From Octopus bimaculoides (lineage: Eukaryota): 42,499 bases of DNA. Below are positions 37,229 through 42,499 of the stretch, piece by piece. Positions within the stretch are counted from its first letter, which is position 1; every line of letters begins with the position of its first letter. The notes under the pieces are model-generated. The model saw only the letters and a program-made list of their open reading frames with translations. It searched no databases and was not told the DNA's origin. The position numbers and the translations under genes were made by a program. The DNA lies in the NCBI RefSeq assembly GCF_001194135.2, contig NC_068981.1, positions 139,643,337 through 139,685,835 of the forward strand, read 5' to 3'.

Positions 37229-38544
37229 GGTATAGTAATAAAGATAAATTATAGATCACATTGATATTCGTACGAGAAAAGTGGCAAAGAATGAACATCG
37301 AAGCGCGTAAACTATTTGCAATCTATTTTGAGAATGTACCTTAATCTGCACAACTTATCGCTGGTTTACTTTAGCATAAATTCACTCTGGCTATATGGCT
37401 ATGATGCCTCGTGGTCTCTGACTTATTTATTCTCACCTACCGACATTAATCTGCAGATTGTAGGATAGTTGACATCATTATCACCAATGAAGAAAGGCTG
37501 CAAATTTTACAGGAACTGCTATTCCTCTTTTCACTTAACTGTCTACAAAATTTGTAAGATTAAACAATAATAAAACCATTGGAAGAGAGGATTAGCAATA
37601 AAGAGAAATTTTAATTGAAAAAAAAGAAGCTTAAGAAATGAGAAATCGATAGAACTGATCTATATGGAATATGGGAATGATATACTAGGCGGTGGCAAGA
37701 TCAAACATATGTAGCCAGATGACCATAGACATAGACTGATATATTGAAGGGAGAGGAATCAATATATAGTCCGATCTCATTACTTAGATTGGAAAATTCG
37801 AAACCAGTAAAATTTGAACTCAGAACGTAGATATTTGCAGCAAAATATAGCGAGAGAGGTTTTTCAATTTGTCGTTCTACCTATCCAGCCCACTTCAACC
37901 TGAGAATAAGCAAAATAATAATGAATCTAAAGGGGGTTGATATATCAGACAAGATAATTATAAAATACATAGCTGATAAATTTCATCTACAAATGAATAA
38001 TCTCACTGCCTCTCTTGTCTATATTATATTCGTGAAACAGAAAAATGTTTCGCTTATCGTTTTATTTGATAAAGAATCTGTTATCAAAATAATTTTTGTC
38101 ACCNNNNNNNNNNNNNNNNNNNNNNNNNNNNNNNNNNCACACACACTAAAGCTATACTCTCCGGTAAACTATACGCAAAATACTTATTTGTTGAGAGGAT
38201 AAAGGAAAAAGAGAAGAAACCTGTATAAAATTCGGAAAAGCCGCACTGAAATGATTGAAACAAAATGATTGAAAACAAAAATAAGTAAGGGAATTAATAG
38301 TAATGCAAAAGGGAATTGAGAATTGGAAAAAAATAACGTTTTTGCTTGTATTTGATTGAAGCAATCTCTTATCATTGTACATTTTGATAATGGAATTAGA
38401 GTTGAGGTTTCAAGGAACACGAATGCACAGTTATTTGTCGCTTGGATTCACAAGAATTTGCATTAATAAATTTGGTGAATAGGGTTATAAAAGTTTTACA
38501 ATTAGCTATGTGAAAAAATGTGAAAAAAATTCCACTCAGAAACG

Positions 38545-38616
38545 ACTTATATATATATATATAAATGTATGTATGATAGTACTATGTTTGTATATATGAG
38601 TATTTGTATGTATGTA

Positions 38617-38675
<59 letters not shown>

Positions 38676-38745
38676 GGGTTCGTGTATTGTGTATATGTGT
38701 GAGTACGTGTGTATATGTGTATGTGAGTGTGTGTGCGTGTGTGTG
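38545..38745. repeat. (TA)n/(TG)n compound microsatellite
   Basis: Direct inspection. Confidence 0.9.
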
Positions 38746-39167
38746 ATCAATAGGGGATTATTTCAACCTTGGTAATTCATATTAAGCACTTTATTATTTT
38801 TTTATGGAAAGAATTCTAATTTCATTTCTACAAGCTTTTTAGTTGTTTTGTTTATGTTATATATAATGGATAACAGCGTGTTGATATGTACGTAGCTGGC
38901 TATACCTGTCTTCCTTCCTCCCTATCCAAATAAATGTAATATTCCTCTAGACATTATATCAACAATTATATGAACCGAACATGAGGTTTATAAGGTTTTT
39001 AGCTTATTAACAGAGAACGTAAACTGTATTGTCTCTATCAACGAATCGAAACCACTTCGCAGACACGGAGAGAAACATTAGTATCATGGATCCTCTTAAT
39101 TCGTAAATATTGTTAGAATTGGAAGAACAACGAAAAAGTTTCTTGCAATACCTAGTTACGAACGTCA

Positions 39168-39945
39168 AGGCGATAAGCTGGCGATAGAGCGTCGTAAAAT
39201 GCATTGCGTTACTTGTTACGGTCCTTACGTCTGGAGTTTAAAACCTGCCGATGTTAAGTTAAGTTTGCCTTTTATCCATCCATAGTCGATAAAATGAAGT
39301 ACAACTTATTATGTAATCTACTAATATCGCCTTTCAAAATTTCTGGCCTTGAGCTAAAATTAGTTACAATAATCTAGTTACGTCTTTCTACACATTGAAT
39401 TAAATTCTCAGCAGATTCGACCTTGGTCGTCATCCTTCTAGGATCATGAGAACAAAGAATCAACCAGTCACCATCATCTATATAATGAACTATATTACAA
39501 TGACCCATACCGTCTCTCTAAATTTAACCTTGCTCCTTCATTAGGAATTAATATTACTTTCCTGGAAGACGTCGATCTGGCAAAATAGTCAGGAAGCAGA
39601 ACAAAATGCTTAGCGGTATTTCGTTCGTCCGCACGTTCAGAATTCAAAGTCCATCGGGGGCTACTTTGCCTTTCATTCTTTCGCGGTCAGGAAAATAAGT
39701 ACCAGTTGAACACTGGAACAATTCAATCGACTTAACCCTTCACCCGCACTTACTAGCCTTGTACCAAAATTTGAAGCCAATATTACTTACCATTAAAAGT
39801 TAGGACTAGCAGAATGAATAGAGTGACAATCAAAATGCCTTACCATATTTATCACAAATAACTTTATACTCTACGTTCAAGTCCTTCTTGTTCGACTTAG
39901 ACTATCAGCCCTGAAAATCGATAAAATAAAATAAGTGTCAAATAC
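39168..39945 (+). mobile_element. Cluster of about four old SINE family B copies
   Basis: Recurring aaaatgcttagcggtatttcgttcg / tttgcctttcat / gataaaataagtacc motifs; the best copy is 39575-39780. Confidence 0.65.
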
Positions 39946-40660
39946 TGTACGCTATTGATTATACAGTTCTATCAAATCTAGCCATGTCTGCCGCAGTTAT
40001 TAATGCCGGCTTCCATAATGGTTTGAGAGACTGCAAAGTCACATGCTTATGCAGTTCACACAAAATAATGAATTTGGGAAAATGTTGAATAATGTCCAGA
40101 CGGTTTCGAGAACTGATTACAGATTTTTGCCATAACTTCAGAATTAATAACAAATGCTTCAAAAATAAGTATGAACATCATAAATGCCTCTTTGCTGAGT
40201 TGCAAAAGTGTTTTCAAAAAATAAAACAATTACATAAGCCTCCCAGAATTTCATTTATTATCCTTCATATATATATATATATATANNNNNNNNNNNNNNN
40301 NNNNNNNNNNNNNNNNNNNNNNNNNNNNNNNNNNNNNNNNNNNNNNNNNNNNNNNNNNNNNNNNNNNNNNNNNNNNNNNNNNNNNNNNNNNNNNNNNNNN
40401 NNNNNNNNNNNNNNNNNNNNNNNNNNNNNNNNNNNNNNNNNNNNNNNNNNNNNNNNNNNNNNNNNNNNNNNNNNNNNNNNNNNNNNNNNNNNNNNNNNNN
40501 NNNNNNNNNNNNNNNNNNNNNNNNNNNNNNNNNNNNNNNNNNNNNNNNNNNNNNNNNNNNNNNNNNNNNNNNNNNNNNNNNNNNNNNNNNNNNNNNNNNN
40601 NNNNNNNNNNNNNNNNNNNNNNNNNNNNNNNNNNNNNNNNNNNNNNNNNNNNNNNNNNNT

Positions 40661-41568
40661 CATCTTCGCTGTATGCGGACAAACATTATCTTGATGTAAG
40701 AACACCTTTCGTCTTGAAACCAAAGATGATCGTTTTTCTTCTAGCGCTAACTTAAGCCGCGCAGGCTGCACGCAGTAGATCTCCTTTGTTATCATTTGGT
40801 TTCGCTTTAAAAGCTCAAAGTGGATTAAACCTTTCATATCCCACCAAACAGATAACAACACCTTAAGTGGGTGAAGATCTTTTTTAGCCTGGGGTGTTGG
40901 TGTCTTTCCTTTCCCTACCCACTGTCTTCGGCGCTTGTCATTTTTATAGAGAACCCATTTCTCATTACCAGTCACTATTCTGTCTAAAAAAAGTTCATTC
41001 GCGAGACGTGATAGCAAAGAAGAGCACACATTCACTCTGCGCACGATTAAACTCGGAAAGTTTGTAAGGAACATATTGACCCAATTTTCTGACTTTTCCG
41101 ATGGCACGCAGGTGTCGATGAATGGTTGAATGACCAAGTCGAAGCTTATTTGCGAGGTCCTCTACAGTTATGATGGGATTTTGTTCCATCAGGCTTTGTA
41201 GGACGAGGCTCGTCTTCTAGGCTGTAGTTTCCGGGTCGGAATTTCTGGAAACACCGGTGACACTAGCTTAGGCTTATTATCCGACCTCCATACACTGCAT
41301 TAATATTCCTCAGACATTCCGCTGCATTACTGCCTTTATTAACGTCATAAAGCAAAATATGCCGAATATGCTCCTGTCACTTCCATTATAATTTGAAAAA
41401 ATAACTATTAAAATCAAACGGCACTCTTCAAGACTTGCAATAAGAATAACGGCAAGGTAAAATTACTACTTGCTTCTATAGCAAGTTCATGCCGGTAATT
41501 TATCCCGCCCCCATCTGACTTTTAGTTCATCCAATTGATAAAAATGCATTATTTACAGGATGACCCAA
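40661..41568 (-). mobile_element. Mariner transposon: 5' TIR, 5' UTR and a frameshifted transposase running into the N gap
   Basis: ATG at 41386; MEVT/EHIRHILLYDVNKG...FQKFRPGNYSLEDEPR; EQNPIITVEDLA; RIVTGNEKWVLY; KVLLSVWWD; LHQDNVCPHTA. TIR ttgggtcatcctgtaaataatgcattttt (41568-41540) next to TA. Confidence 0.92.
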
Positions 41569-41925
41569 TATATATATAGAGAGACTAAACCAGAATTCAT
41601 AGTAAAAGAATGTGGTGATAGGAGATGTGGAACGTGTAACAATACCTACAAATACATAGAAAGTGGTTCCCACATAAAATTCAAGAACGGATCTATTTTT
41701 AAAATAAATGCAGATATGAACTGCAAAACACAAAATCTCATATACTGCATCACCTGTCCAAGCTGTAAAGAAAATTACATTGGCGAAACGAATAACTCAC
41801 TTTGTCAACGTGCAAGAATTCACAGGCAACATATCCGACAAGAAGAACTAAGAATGATTCCATTAAGTAAACATCTGGAAATATGCGGAGACGGAAAGTT
41901 CAAAATCTTTCCCTTTTATAAATGT
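41569..41925 (+). mobile_element. Penelope-like GIY-YIG endonuclease domain (Neptune-like, Cys/His-bearing), stop-free up to the gap
   Basis: CGDRRCGTC; MNCKTQNLIYCITCPSCKENYIGET; RARIHRQHIR; LSKHLEIC; IFPFYK. Confidence 0.9.
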
Positions 41926-42071
41926 NNNNNNNNNNNNNNNNNNNNNNNNNNNNNNNNNNNNNNNNNNNNNNNNNNNNNNNNNNNNNNNNNNNNNNNNNNN
42001 NNNNNNNNNNNNNNNNNNNNNNNNNNNNNNNNNNNNNNNNNNNNNNNNNNNNNNNNNNNNNNNNNNNNNNN

Positions 42072-42499
42072 AACGCGGGTTGATGAACCGTAAGACGTGT
42101 GGCCAGAACCTCCTGGAAAATAACCATAGCGAGGGACATTCCACAGTTGAATTAGAACAGTCACAAACAGTGAAAGAAGACATGCACTCAACACCAGAGC
42201 TGAAGACACCTCCGAAAGGGGGTGGCCCCGCCACGTCAAAACGGTAGAGGAGTAGGGGCCAAACCGGACGTGGTTCCTCCTGATGATGTCTACAGCTAAC
42301 TGGATCCGAATCCACCAAGGGAAGGTATGTCGTAAGAAAGTAATTCAACAACGCGGGTTGATGAACCGTAAGACGTGTGGCCAGAACCTCCTGGAAAATA
42401 ACCATAGCGAGGGACATTCCACAGTTGAATTAGAACAGTCACAAACAGTGAAAGAAGACATGCACCCAACACCAGAGCTGAAGACACCTCCGAAAGGGG
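42072..42499. repeat. 278-bp tandem repeat, at least 1.5 copies, near identical
   Basis: 42072-42221 repeats at 42350-42499 with one substitution (cactcaac/cacccaac); bounded by an N gap and the window end. Confidence 0.95.

Noticed and set aside
37437-37495. Candidate minus-strand 57-nt exon (PFFIGDNDVNYPTICRLMS)
   Set aside because: Poor polypyrimidine tract and no recognisable homology.
42190-42330. CUGAAGA and CUGAUGA motifs in the 278-bp repeat
   Set aside because: Neither is followed by a stem II closed by GAAA with a compatible stem I.

Overview
This is eukaryotic, AT-rich, non-coding DNA from a gapped short-read assembly (nine N-runs). It is most likely Octopus or another coleoid cephalopod, inferred from recalled octopus tRNA-derived SINE families and dense (TATC)n/(TA)n/(CA)n microsatellites. 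No host exon, RNA gene or CRISPR array can be supported, and most listed ORFs translate microsatellites or gaps. The window is dominated by transposon relics. Non-LTR retrotransposons: a Tx1/L1-like 3' fragment inside a (TATC)n tract, a CR1-like RT fragment, two RTE fragments, and an R4/Dong-type mosaic with inverted pieces. Penelope-like elements (PLE): two degenerate copies of one lineage, an intact GIY-YIG endonuclease segment, and a terminal repeat carrying a minimal hammerhead fold. DNA transposons: three mariner relics and a Tigger-like MITE. There are about 25 SINE units from three families. The most notable observations are a dimer-type hammerhead with a non-canonical core (184-220), SINE multimers flanked by single target-site duplications (TSDs), an 87-bp-arm loopless palindrome, a PLE with an ~190-codon Asn/Thr-rich linker, a mariner terminal inverted repeat (TIR) that supplies an in-frame ATG to a GIY-YIG domain, and a young 278-bp tandem repeat. 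All family assignments come from by-eye motif recognition; no database search was run.
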